Shown here: in pieces, positions 20,449 through 31,239 of the stretch
Numbering within the stretch: the first letter of the stretch is position 1
Layout of the letters: the number at the start of each line of letters is the position of its first letter
From: Nitrospirota bacterium
GTDB taxonomy: Bacteria; Nitrospirota; UBA9217
DNA: 64,000 bases
Assembly (NCBI GenBank): GCA_963796285.1
Contig: CAWCKW010000012.1
Coordinates: forward strand, 352,001-416,000
Direction of reading: 5' to 3'
Translations under genes and position numbers: made by a program
Notes under the pieces: generated by a model
The model's input: only the letters and a program-made list of their open reading frames with translations
Databases searched by the model: none
What the model was told of the DNA's origin: nothing

Positions 20449-23400
20449 ATGGAGATGACGGACAGAAGGGACAGGTACGGGTCCTCGATAAAATATTTCG
20501 TGTTCCTCGCGGTGGCGTTAACGATACCGTATCTGTTGCCGACGAACTGCTGGCCGGTTTCGGAACCGATACAGAAGCACTCGCCTGTTAAGAGTCGTCG
20601 TGTGGACGGCGAGATCCTGGTGCGATTCAAAACCGGAGTCGGTCAGGCAGCGGCCGGGGCCATATTATCACGATACGGTTTTACGAGCATCAAAAGATAT
20701 AAGCGAGTTTCAAACCTGTATCACGTTCGTATACCCTCGGTCCTTACGGCCGATGCCGCCATCGATCTATTGCAGTCCGATCCAGATGTTGAGTACGCCG
20801 AGCCTAATTACCTCATGGAGGGCGATTCTGCCTGCAGCAGCTCGCCATGCACGCCGAATGATACATTATATTCTGACCCCGGCAATTGGGGATTTGCCAA
20901 TATCGGTGCGCCGCAGGCCTGGACGGTTACAACAGGTGATAGCAGTTTGGTCGTGGCAGTGATAGATAGCGGGATTGATTATAACCATCCTGATCTGGCC
21001 AATAATAAATGGACCAACCAGGCTGAAGCATCAGGAACTCCTGCCTTTTATGGATATAATGCTGTTGCGGATATCGGTTCTGGAGGTCTTTGCCCACCAC
21101 CGGCCAGCAGTTTTCCTATCGATGATGATACTTCGGTACTGGGCCATGGAACTCGTCTTGCCGGGATTATAGGTGCGGTTGGAAATAACAGCACCGGTAT
21201 TGCTGGGGTGAATTGGAATGTCAAACTGATGCCGATTAAGGTTCGTTGCGAACCCGATCGGCAATCAAATCTCGCTCTTTTTATTGCCGGAATGGACTAT
21301 ATGCTGACCGAGAAGCAAGCTGGTGTCAATATCCGTGTGGCCAATATGAGTGTCGGCGTCTCAACCTATAGCCAATCTCTTCAGAATATACTCGACGCGG
21401 CTCGTGATGCTGGCATTCTCTTAGTAGCCTCTGCCGGTAATTCGAGCACTAACCTTGATTTAGATTCGACCGATTTCCATTCGTATCCGTATGACAACGT
21501 GCTCTTTGTTGCGGCGACCGACCAGACCAATGCGCTTGCCGGATTTTCGGACTACGGTCAGGTCGATATCCACCTCGCCGCTCCTGGCGCCGGGATCCTC
21601 AGCACGGTGCGCAGCGTCTATACGCCGCTGTACCAGACAGATGACGGGACCTCGTACTCCACGCCGTTTGTTACCGGTGTTGCGGCGCTTCTGTCGGCCT
21701 ATGATCCGACCATTTCATACACCGGATTGAAGGCGCATATTATCAGCGCAACGACGCGGGAGGATGCGCTGGTGGGAAAGGTCGCCTCCGGTGGGCGGCT
21801 CAATGTCGCTGATGTCTTCAGCGCGCCGATCACTGATCTGAGGCCGGCAGGCTATCAGTTGGCACGCATCGAGGTAAACCATAAATATTATACAGATAGT
21901 TCGTTTACCATTACCAGCATTCCTCAAGGGTTCGACAGGCTCTGGTGGGTGAGGACGAAGAATGCCGACAATGCCAACACGGATGCGAACCATATCAATA
22001 TCGGTCTGGGCCGGGACGCCACCGTCTATGTGGCATACGACCCAAGAGCAATTTCGATCCCTGACTGGCTCAGCTCCGGCCACGGCTGGACGGATACGGG
22101 TCTCAGTATCGGCGTCTCGGATTCCGGAGCGGGCTCACTTCGGATTTATGGCAAGCCGTTTAGTAGCGGTATGGTGGTTTTGGGAGGCAATCAGGCGGCC
22201 GGTTATGTGGGACCGACCTCTGGTTCTAGTTCAAACTATGTCGTCCTCATCAGTCTCACCGGCGATACGCCGCCTTCAACCCCGGGAAACTTGCAGGCTA
22301 CAGCGGTATCTTTATCCGCAATCAATCTTTCCTGGACGGCCTCGACCGATTATACGGGTGTTGCGGGGTATACTGTTTATCGGGGAGCGGTCCCGGTTGC
22401 AACCACGCCGACCACTGGATATACGGATACTGGTCTTACTGCTTCAACGATATATACGTATAAAGTAAGCGCCTTTGATTCGGCAGGCGACGTTTCTCCT
22501 CTTTCAGACCCGGCCTCTGCTATGACCTTCTCAGATACCACACCGCCTTCCGTGCCGACCAACGTTCAGGCTGCGGTCATATCGTTCTCACAAATCGATC
22601 TTTCCTGGACGGCCTCGACAGATAATGTGGGTGTTGCGGGGTATACTGTTTACCGGGGAGGGGTCCAGGTTGCAACCACGCCGACCACTGGATATACGGA
22701 TAGCCGTCTTACTGCTTCAACGATGTATACGTATAAAGTAAGAGCCTTTGATTCGGCAGGCAACGTTTCTCCTCTGTCAGACCCGGTGTCTGCCGTGACC
22801 CTGACCCTCCCCTTAGATACCACACCGCCTTCCGTGCCGACCAACGTTCAGGCTGCGGTCATATCGTTCTCACAAATCGATCTTTCCTGGACGGCCTCGA
22901 CAGATAATGTGGGTGTTGCGGGGTATACTGTTTACCGGGGAGGGGTCCAGGTTGCAACCACGCCGACCACTGGATATACGGATAGCGGTCTTACTGCTTC
23001 AACGATGTATACGTATGAGGTGAGCGCCTATGATACGACAGGCAATGTATCTCCATTATCAGCCCCGGTCTCTGCGACGACTGGTACGGGCCTTCAATCG
23101 ACTGCGAATAACCCACCCTTTGCTCCAACCCTGGTATACCCAACAGACGGTCAGACAGGGTTAGGGACAACGGTGACATTCCAATGGAAGACATCCGCAG
23201 ACCCCGACGGAGATACGGTGACGTACCATCTGTATTACTGTCCAGATAAGAATTTCATCGGATGCAATCCCGTAGATGTGGCGTTGCTTGAGCCCAAGAA
23301 TAGTTACTACGCAGGCATGGGGGGCTCTGCTGTGCTTTTGGTATTCGGCAGCATCTGCGCAAGAGGCCTAAAACGCAGAAAGGCGCTGGCGTTGTTCCTT

Positions 23401-23592
23401 ATCGGCGTGATCATTGTCATCGGCGGAGTGCTGTCATCTTGTGGAGGCGGCGGTGGAACACAATCCACTGACGAGAAGAGCTATACAACGACAGGACTTA
23501 CTGCAGGGACGACCTACTTCTGGAAGGTCGTTGCCGATGACGGCAAAGGAGGCACCACGGCAAGCGCAGTATGGAGCTTCAGCACACAGTAG
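20449..23592 (+). CDS. Secreted S8 subtilase with prodomain, an uncharacterised beta domain, three FnIII repeats and a split C-terminal FnIII
   Basis: Catalytic motifs VIDSG, GHGT, ASAGN, GTSYSTP; three DTxPPS FnIII repeats; hydrophobic hairpin and LSSC near the C-terminus. Confidence 0.92.
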   Translation: MEMTDRRDRYGSSIKYFVFLAVALTIPYLLPTNCWPVSEPIQKHSPVKSRRVDGEILVRFKTGVGQAAAGAILSRYGFTSIKRYKRVSNLYHVRIPSVLTADAAIDLLQSDPDVEYAEPNYLMEGDSACSSSPCTPNDTLYSDPGNWGFANIGAPQAWTVTTGDSSLVVAVIDSGIDYNHPDLANNKWTNQAEASGTPAFYGYNAVADIGSGGLCPPPASSFPIDDDTSVLGHGTRLAGIIGAVGNNSTGIAGVNWNVKLMPIKVRCEPDRQSNLALFIAGMDYMLTEKQAGVNIRVANMSVGVSTYSQSLQNILDAARDAGILLVASAGNSSTNLDLDSTDFHSYPYDNVLFVAATDQTNALAGFSDYGQVDIHLAAPGAGILSTVRSVYTPLYQTDDGTSYSTPFVTGVAALLSAYDPTISYTGLKAHIISATTREDALVGKVASGGRLNVADVFSAPITDLRPAGYQLARIEVNHKYYTDSSFTITSIPQGFDRLWWVRTKNADNANTDANHINIGLGRDATVYVAYDPRAISIPDWLSSGHGWTDTGLSIGVSDSGAGSLRIYGKPFSSGMVVLGGNQAAGYVGPTSGSSSNYVVLISLTGDTPPSTPGNLQATAVSLSAINLSWTASTDYTGVAGYTVYRGAVPVATTPTTGYTDTGLTASTIYTYKVSAFDSAGDVSPLSDPASAMTFSDTTPPSVPTNVQAAVISFSQIDLSWTASTDNVGVAGYTVYRGGVQVATTPTTGYTDSRLTASTMYTYKVRAFDSAGNVSPLSDPVSAVTLTLPLDTTPPSVPTNVQAAVISFSQIDLSWTASTDNVGVAGYTVYRGGVQVATTPTTGYTDSGLTASTMYTYEVSAYDTTGNVSPLSAPVSATTGTGLQSTANNPPFAPTLVYPTDGQTGLGTTVTFQWKTSADPDGDTVTYHLYYCPDKNFIGCNPVDVALLEPKNSYYAGMGGSAVLLVFGSICARGLKRRKALALFLIGVIIVIGGVLSSCGGGGGTQSTDEKSYTTTGLTAGTTYFWKVVADDGKGGTTASAVWSFSTQ
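20673..21473 (+). repeat. About 800-bp near-identical duplicate of 27416-28216
   Basis: Compared by eye at offset 6743; substitutions noticed at 20705, 20769 and 20923. Confidence 0.9.
22264..23080 (+). repeat. Three tandem FnIII-coding repeats
   Basis: 22534-22736 and 22816-23018 nearly identical at DNA level. Confidence 0.9.
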
Positions 23593-23649
23593 GAAATCTT
23601 TGACGAGCAAGGGGGAACTGAAAGGTTCTCCTTGTGCTTGTTCTCATGG

Positions 23650-23830
23650 GGAGAATCAACAGCGATGACGGACAGGAGGGACAGTTGAGGGACAGTTATG
23701 GATCCCCGATGAGATATTTCGTGTTCCTCTTCCATGTTCGTCTGCGTCCCTGCCTTACCCCGTCGAATTGCGATCGAAGTGCTGAAAGCAAAGCCCTCTA
23801 TACTATAGATTATGCCGAACCGACAACAAT
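23650..23830 (+). pseudogene. Internally deleted 5' remnant of a third S8 protease paralog
   Basis: gagaatcaacagcgatgacggacaggagggacag and atatttcgtgttcctc match 20441-20508; FHVRL...AIEVLKAKP...DYAEP matches the prodomain. Confidence 0.7.
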
Positions 23831-23853
23831 GTCGATTTTGATTCGGCCTGTCC

Positions 23854-24118
23854 GGAGCTACCCCCCGTTTTAGTGACACTTGCAATTGGAGATTTTGACC
23901 GAACTTTCATATTTTGCTTTCCAGTTGTAATAAGTGGCGTCACTGAACCCGTACTTGCGGCAGAGGTCCGGGATCTTTATCCCTGCATCTGCCTCTTTAA
24001 GAATCTTTACGATCTGTTCTTCCGAGTACTTGCCTTGCTTCATCTTGTGCCTCCTTTTCGAGTGCTATAATTATGTCACACTCTAATCGGAAATGGCACT
24101 ATTTTCGGGGGCAGGTCC
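23854..24118 (-). mobile_element. 265-bp internally deleted IS3-family (IS407-group-like) element
   Basis: Minus-strand ORF 24043-23870 MKQGKYSEEQIVKILKEADAGIKIPDLCRKYGFSDATYYNWKAKY (OrfA HTH); IRs GGACCTGCCCCCGAAAATAGTGCCA and GGAGCTACCCCCCGTTTTAGTGACA. Confidence 0.8.
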
Positions 24119-24206
24119 TCGTCACCCTATGTTTTCAGCAGAAACTTTAACGACTTATACCTGTATTATTGTCAATAATATGAGAACATATTTATGAAGG
24201 AGAGAC

Positions 24207-24968
24207 ATGTTTAAAGGAAAAAAAGTTATTGTGGTTATGCCGGCATACAATGCCGAAAAGACATTGCCCAAGACGTATGAGGAGGTAATGGAGGAGGACC
24301 TCGTCGATCTAGTGATTCTTGTCGATGACGGCAGTCAAGACAAGACTACGGAAATCGCAAAGAGTCTAAAGAATGTTAAAGTCTTTACCCATTCGACTAA
24401 CAAAGGTTATGGTGGAAATCAGAAAACATGTTACGATTTGGCTTTAAAGGAACAGGGGGACATTATCGTCATGGTCCATCCTGATTATCAGTATACACCC
24501 AAGTTGATTCCGGCCATGGTTTCGATGATTGGAAATGGTCTTTATCCTTGTGTCCTTGGATCAAGAATTTTGGGCGGATATGCACTGAAAGGTGGCATGC
24601 CAATCTGGAAGTACATTTCCAACCGTTTTCTGACTTTAGTTGAAAATATTCTAACGGGGGCAAAGCTTTCTGAATATCACACCGGATACAGGGCTTTTTC
24701 GCGCCAACTTTTAATACAGTTGCCAATAGAGCACAATTCGGACGATTTTGTGTTTGATAACCAGATGCTGGCACAGATCCTGTGGTTCGGCCATTCCATC
24801 GCCGAAGTGAGCTGTCCGACTAAATATTTTCCGGAGGCCTCATCTATCAATTTTGGTCGCAGTATCCAATACGGCTGGGGTTGTCTAAAGGTAGGATTAC
24901 AATTTCGTTTGGCGAAGATGGGTTTCATGAGTTCCAAGCTGTTTCCAAATGGAAGAAACGGGATCTAA
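24207..24968 (+). CDS. GT2, DPM1-like polyprenol-phosphate glycosyltransferase
   Basis: VVMPAYNAE, VDDGSQD, NKGYGGNQK, HPDYQY, SEYHTGYRAF. Confidence 0.9.
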   Translation: MFKGKKVIVVMPAYNAEKTLPKTYEEVMEEDLVDLVILVDDGSQDKTTEIAKSLKNVKVFTHSTNKGYGGNQKTCYDLALKEQGDIIVMVHPDYQYTPKLIPAMVSMIGNGLYPCVLGSRILGGYALKGGMPIWKYISNRFLTLVENILTGAKLSEYHTGYRAFSRQLLIQLPIEHNSDDFVFDNQMLAQILWFGHSIAEVSCPTKYFPEASSINFGRSIQYGWGCLKVGLQFRLAKMGFMSSKLFPNGRNGI

Positions 24969-26665
24969 TGATTATGGAAACGAAGCGTTTCTACACAATC
25001 GTCTTTGTGGTTTTGTTAACCGTAACCTTCTTATTAGTTGGAATTTATAAAATTAATGATGCGATAGATCCTTCATTTGATGATACGGGATCTTATTTGG
25101 AGGGTGCCCTATTCATTAACGAGCATGGCGGGACTTTAAATTTTATCAAACTTTGTTTGACCGGTGAATATAAGATCAGCCTCCAACATCCTCTCTATTT
25201 ATTATTTCTATCCCCTTTCGCTTCGAGGGAAATCTCCTTTTTCCCAGAGGCCAGCTTGGCTACACTGATTCTTGGATTAGTCGTTGTCTTGATTACGTTC
25301 TTTGTTGTCCGTAATCTGTTCGGAGATGTCGCAGCTAAGATCGCTTCGGTGTTATTGGCTTTTAATACAGCATACTTGGAACGATCAACCCACGTTGATT
25401 GCGAGACCCTCCTGATGATATTCTTTATATTGGCATGGTACTTAATGATCCGGGGGCTGAGTGTTAACCGATATTGGATGTGGGCCGGCGTATCGTCCGG
25501 ACTGGCTTATATGACCAAAGGACCGGAAATTCTCCTGATTCCGGTTTTTATTCTATCCTGCTTGTTTGTCTTTAAATTTAAAATACTGAAGAACAAGTAT
25601 TTTTGGTATTTTTTACTTGGGTTCCTGGTGATGGCTTCCCCGCTGATTATTAGAAATATTGTGACTTATCATGCCGTTCTTTATGATGATTACAACTCCA
25701 ATATTTTCTGGATTAATAGTCTTCGGGAGCTTTCGGACAAATATGATATTTCCTTGAATTGGCATCAGCACACTTTCTCCACCACAAAAATGCCGACCAT
25801 GCTTTCTTTTTTACAGACCCATTCTTACTACGAAGTTGCACAGAGAGCTCTAAATGGACTGATTGGCGAAACCGGACTGATGTTAAACAGCCTGAACTTA
25901 TTCTTGATCAAATCTTCTTTATGGCAGCAATTTGTCAGTCTTCTTCTGATGGTATTTTTTGTGTTTGGAATCGTGAGGGATCCAGACAAGAGGAGGGCGG
26001 TATACACAATGACAGCCATCACAATATTTTTTGTTCCGTTTTCGTGGTTTTACAAGGTCTATGCAGGCATGAGGTATCTGACACCGTTGCTGCCTCTCAT
26101 CCTGGCCTACAGCGCATTTGGGTGCAGCGAATTACTAAAAGAGATAGATCGTCACATCCCATCGGGCTATTTACGGTTCAAGACATACCGTATTGTCCCG
26201 ATTGCATTTACATTATTATTAATCGTGGTCGCCGTTTCCGCGGCCGCAACTAAAAATGTAACACCGCAAATCCATTCGATAGTTATTCCGGACGATAAAC
26301 GTGAATTGATGGACTGGTTTAAAGACAATGTGACGGAATCTGATATTGTTATTTTCCGTCCAACGGTTAGATATTGGGGGCTGCTATGGCATGCAAATTT
26401 TAAAGGTACGGTGGACATGATTTCACGTCACGATCCTTTGCCGGATATGGATATTTCGGAATTCAGGGATCTTATTAAAAGAAGAAAAATTAGTCTGATT
26501 GTTCTCCACAAGGAAAACTACCAGAGCCCACCGATATTGAGGGAATACTTTGAGTATAGCGAACGTGATGGAATGGTTGAAAAGAAGGCAATGGCGGGAT
26601 GGCACCTGGTCTATAAAAGCACGCAAAGGCCGACATCGTTTTTAATCTATAAAATCGATAGATAA
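24968..26665 (+). CDS. GT-C membrane glycosyltransferase (ArnT/PMT_2-like)
   Basis: N-terminal TM then acidic FDD loop, HPLY, GLAYMTKG, RYLTPLLP; overlaps the upstream stop. Confidence 0.8.
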   Translation: MIMETKRFYTIVFVVLLTVTFLLVGIYKINDAIDPSFDDTGSYLEGALFINEHGGTLNFIKLCLTGEYKISLQHPLYLLFLSPFASREISFFPEASLATLILGLVVVLITFFVVRNLFGDVAAKIASVLLAFNTAYLERSTHVDCETLLMIFFILAWYLMIRGLSVNRYWMWAGVSSGLAYMTKGPEILLIPVFILSCLFVFKFKILKNKYFWYFLLGFLVMASPLIIRNIVTYHAVLYDDYNSNIFWINSLRELSDKYDISLNWHQHTFSTTKMPTMLSFLQTHSYYEVAQRALNGLIGETGLMLNSLNLFLIKSSLWQQFVSLLLMVFFVFGIVRDPDKRRAVYTMTAITIFFVPFSWFYKVYAGMRYLTPLLPLILAYSAFGCSELLKEIDRHIPSGYLRFKTYRIVPIAFTLLLIVVAVSAAATKNVTPQIHSIVIPDDKRELMDWFKDNVTESDIVIFRPTVRYWGLLWHANFKGTVDMISRHDPLPDMDISEFRDLIKRRKISLIVLHKENYQSPPILREYFEYSERDGMVEKKAMAGWHLVYKSTQRPTSFLIYKIDR

Positions 26666-26969
26666 TTTCTTGCTTGCGCATGTTTAAGAAAAGAGATGCT
26701 TATAAGCGGGCAATTTTGAATGTGGGCGGACTTTATTCCGTAATGGTTAGATGATTTAAACGCTAGGTGGTAATATTAGGTTCATTCGTAATAAAGTTGA
26801 AAAGCAACTACGGACTTCTGTCTCGCGCAAAGCCACCAAGCGCGCAAGGAGAAACAACGATAGGAGCTTGAGAAAAGCCACTGGCATTGGATAAGAAATT
26901 CATGTATCAAGTTCTTGTATATCTTTTTGCTTTACGGCCATCCGTCCTTTTAAAGTTAATCCTTAAAAG

Positions 26970-27062
26970 TGTTGGATTATTTTACATAGTGGACAATAAT
27001 AGCTACGGGGAAGCTTATATTATTATTGATATCAATAGATTGTAGTATGGCATTAAATTTGC
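26970..27062 (+). promoter_or_regulatory. Sigma54 promoter with IHF site and upstream enhancer (PEP-CTERM-box-like)
   Basis: TGT-N11-ACA at 26970-26986; TATCAA-N4-TTG at 27030-27042; TGGCATTAAATTTGC (GG-N10-GC) at 27048-27062. Confidence 0.75.
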
Positions 27063-27191
27063 TTAAAAATATGAGTACCATTGTTAATCCACATCTTTGA
27101 GCGAAAATGATTTTTTTCTAAAGTGATGTTGTTGTCTGTCCATGGATGGCAATAACGCAATTTCAACTGAAATACGAAAGATCCTAATATT

Positions 27192-30100
27192 ATGATAAAA
27201 ACTAAGATAGAACATAAATACAGGTTGATTTTCCTAGTTGCAATCGCAGTCATTTTTACGGAACTTTGTATCGTGTCGTTACAGGACGGTGCGGTTTGGG
27301 CCGCCTCGACCTCTAAACCCGCAAAACCCATTAAAGGTCCTCACGTCCTTAATGAGTTGCTCGTAAAGTTTAATATAGGCGTGGATTCTAATCAGGCAAA
27401 GGCCGATTTGTTAAAATACGGTTTTACGAGCATCAAAAGATATAAGCAAGTTTCAAACCTGTATCACGTTCGTATACCCTCGGTCCTTACGGCCGATGCC
27501 GCCATCGATCTCTTGCAGTCCGATCCAGATGTTGAGTACGCCGAGCCTAATTACCTCATGGAGGGCGATTCTGCCTGCAGCAGCTCGCCATGCACGCCGA
27601 ATGATACATTATATTCTGACCCCGGCAATTGGGGATTTGCCAATATCGGTGCGCCGCAGGCCTGGGCGGTTACAACAGGTGATAGCAGTTTGGTCGTGGC
27701 AGTGATAGATAGCGGGATTGATTATAACCATCCTGATCTGGCCAATAATAAATGGACCAACCAGGCTGAAGCATCAGGAACTCCTGCCTTTTATGGATAT
27801 AATGCTGTTGCGGATATCGGTTCTGGAGGTCTTTGCCCACCACCGGCCAGCAGTTTTCCTATCGATGATGATACTTCGGTACTGGGCCATGGAACTCGTC
27901 TTGCCGGGATTATAGGTGCGGTTGGAAATAACAGCACCGGTATTGCTGGGGTGAATTGGAATGTCAAACTGATGCCGATTAAGGTTCGTTGCGAACCCGA
28001 TCGGCAATCAAATCTCGCTCTTTTTATTGCCGGAATGGACTATATGCTGACCGAGAAGCAAGCTGGTGTCAATATCCGTGTGGCCAATATGAGTGTCGGC
28101 GTCTCAACCTATAGCCAATCTCTTCAGAATATACTCGACGCGGCTCGTGATGCTGGCATTCTCTTAGTAGCCTCTGCCGGTAATTCGAGCACTAACCTTG
28201 ATTTAGATTCGACCGACTTCCATTCGAATGAGTATGACAACGTGCTCTTTGTCGCCGCGACCGACCAGACCAATGCGCTTGCCGGATTTTCGAACTACGG
28301 TCAGGTCGATATTCACCTCGCCGCTCCGGGTGTCGGGATCCTCAGCACCGTCCGAAGCGTGTACAATCCCATGTATCAACCCGATGATGGAACATCCTAC
28401 TCGACCCCCATGGTTACGGGTGTCGCGGCGCTCCTGGCTTCGTCCGATCCATCCCTCACGGTTTCAGAGCTCAAGGCGCGCATCATGAGCTCCACAGTTC
28501 AGACCAACGCGCTTATGAGCAAGGTGGCCGCGGGCGGGCGTCTGAATGCCGCAGGTATTTTCAACGCGCCGATTGCCGATCTATTGCCAATGGGCTATCA
28601 ATTGGCGCGCCTCCAGGTCGGCGATAAATATCATCTGGACAGACCCTTTGTCGTTGCGTCCATCCCGCAGGGCCTGAATGGTCTCTGGTGGGTGCGCACA
28701 AAGAACAACGACAAGACTAATACATCGCCGAACTATATCCAGATTGGACTCAATCAAGCGGCGACAGTATACGTTGCGTACGATTCGCGCGTAACGGCCG
28801 ACGAGCTTCCGGACTGGTTGCGGTCGGACCAGGGTTGGTTGGACACGGGGCTGTTTATTGGAACTTCCAATAACGGTACGCCCAGTTCGTTGCACCTGTA
28901 CTCAAAGACCTTCATTCCGGGAACGGCCGTACTTGGAGGGCCTCAGGCCGTTGGTTATAACGGGCCGGTGGGCAGTTCGGGTACTAATTATGTCGTGTTG
29001 ATCAATCTTTTATCAATTACGGCTCCAACCAATTTGAATGCAACAGATCTTCCATCTGACAATGGTGGAGCCATTCAGCTGACCTGGACACCTTCGGCGA
29101 CCCCGGGGATCGTGGCGCAGCGGGTGTACCGTGCGACGACAAGCGGCGGGCCGTATACCTTGATATCGAGCTTTGCCGACAATACGACGAACGCTTACAT
29201 TGATAGTGGACTGACCAACGGGACGACCTATTATTATGTGGTTCGTTCTTCTGACGGCACACAGGAGTCGGCGAACAGCAACGAGTCATCGGCCGCACCG
29301 GTAGACAATCTTGCACCGGCGGCGCCGACCGCGCTGGCTGCGGTGGACAATCCGGGAGACAATGGCGGGGCGATCCGCTTGACCTGGAACCCCTCGGTCA
29401 GCAGTGATGTCATGTCACAAGGGATTTACCGTAGCACCACCCCGGGCGGGCCGTACACGATCATAACCAGTATTGCCAATAATACGACCAAAACCTACAC
29501 GGATAGCGGCCTGACGAACGGGATGACCTATTATTATATCGCGCGGTCTTATGACGGCACTCAGTCGTCCGCAAACAGCAATGAGGCCAGCGCCGCACCG
29601 GTGGACAATCTGGCCCCGGCGCCGCCGACATCTCTATCGGCGGTGGATAATCCGGCGGATAACGGCGGGGCGATCCGTCTGACCTGGACGCCCTCGGTAA
29701 GCCCGGATGTGACTGCGCAGCGGGTGTATCGTGCGACGACCGCGGGCGGGCCGTACACGATCATAACCAGTTTTGCCAATAATACGACCAACACCTACAC
29801 GGATAGCGGACTGACGAACGGGAAGACCTATTATTATATCGTACAGTCTTTTGACGGCACTCAATCATCCGCAAACAGCAACGAGTCGTCGGCTGTTCCC
29901 GTTGTAAATATCGCTCTGGCGGCGCCGACCGCATTAGTTGCGGCGGACAATCCGGGGGACAATGGCGGGGCGATTCGTCTAAGCTGGGGGCCATCGGGGA
30001 GTCGGACCGCAGTGGCGCAGCGGTTCTACCGTGCGACGACCAGTGGCGGGCCGTATTTCTTGGTGATGAGCTTTGCAGACAATACGACGAACAGCTATAC

Positions 30101-31239
30101 GGACATTGGGTTGACAAACGGGACAAGGTATTACTATGTGGTGCGGGCCTTTGACGGTTCGCAGGAGTCGGCGAACAGCAACGAGTCATCGGCCGCACCG
30201 GTAGACAATCTTGCACCGGCGGCGCCGACCGCGCTGGTTGCGGTGGACAATCCGGGAGACAATGGCGGGGCGACCCTCTTGACCTGGAACCCCTCGGTCA
30301 GTAGTGATGTCGTGTCACAAGGGATTTACCGTAGCACCGCCCCGGGCGGGCCATACACGATCATAACCAGTCTTGCCAATAATACGACCAAAACCTACAC
30401 GGATAGCGGCCTGACGAACGGAATGACCTATTATTATATCGCGCGGTCTTATGACGGCACTCAATCATCCGCAAACAGCAACGAGTCGTCGGCTGTTCCC
30501 GTGATAAATATCGCTCTTGTGGCGCCGGTGGGCTATCAATTGGCGCGCCTCCAGGTCGGCGATACAATATCATCTGGACAGAACCTTTATCGTTGCGTCC
30601 ATCCCGCAGGGCCTGAATGGTCTCTGGTGGGTGCGCACAAAGAACGACGACAAGACAAATACATCGCCGAACTATATCCAGATTGGACTCAATCAAGCGG
30701 CGACAGTATACGTTGCGTACGATTCGCGCGTAACGGCCGGCGAGCTTCCGGACTGGTTGCGGCCGGACCAGGGTTGGTTGGACACGGGGCTGTTTATTGG
30801 AACTTCCAATAACGGTACGCCCAGTTCGTTGCACCTGTACTCAAAGACCTTCATTCCGGGAACGGCCGTACTTGGAGGGCCTCAGGCCGTTGGTTATAAC
30901 GGGCCGGTGGGCAGTTCGGGTACTAATTATGTCGTGTTGATCAATCTTTTATCAATTACGGCTCCAACCAATTTGAATGCAACAGATCTTCCATCTGACA
31001 ATGGTGGAGCCATTCAGCTGACCTGGACACCTTCGGCGACCCCGGGGATCGTGGCGCAGCGGGTGTACCGTGCGACGACAAGCGGCGGGCCGTATACCTT
31101 GATATCGAGCTTTGCCAACAATACGACGAACACGTACATTGATAGTGGACCGACCAACGGGAAAACCTATTATTATATCTCCGCGTTGGTTGCGGCGGAC
31201 AATCCGGGGGACAATGGCGCGGCGATTTGTCTAAGCTGA
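27192..31239 (+). CDS. Second secreted S8 subtilase with five 100-aa FnIII repeats; frameshift at about 30565 (intact ORF ends 30812)
   Basis: Signal peptide ending VWA-A; same catalytic motifs; DNGGAIxLxW repeats; an extra C at about 30565 relative to the internal duplicate. Confidence 0.85.
29016..30515 (+). repeat. Five tandem 300-bp FnIII-coding repeats
   Basis: gacaatggcggggcga / gataacggcggggcga and gcgaacagcaacgag-type motifs recur at about 300-bp period. Confidence 0.9.
30529..31175 (+). repeat. Near-identical copy of 28591-29235
   Basis: Direct comparison from tgggctatcaattggcgcgcc to ...acctattattat. Confidence 0.88.

Noticed and set aside
23300-23400. PEP-CTERM tail on the S8 protease
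   Set aside because: LEPK is not VPEP, and the protein continues through a second hydrophobic segment and 50 more residues.
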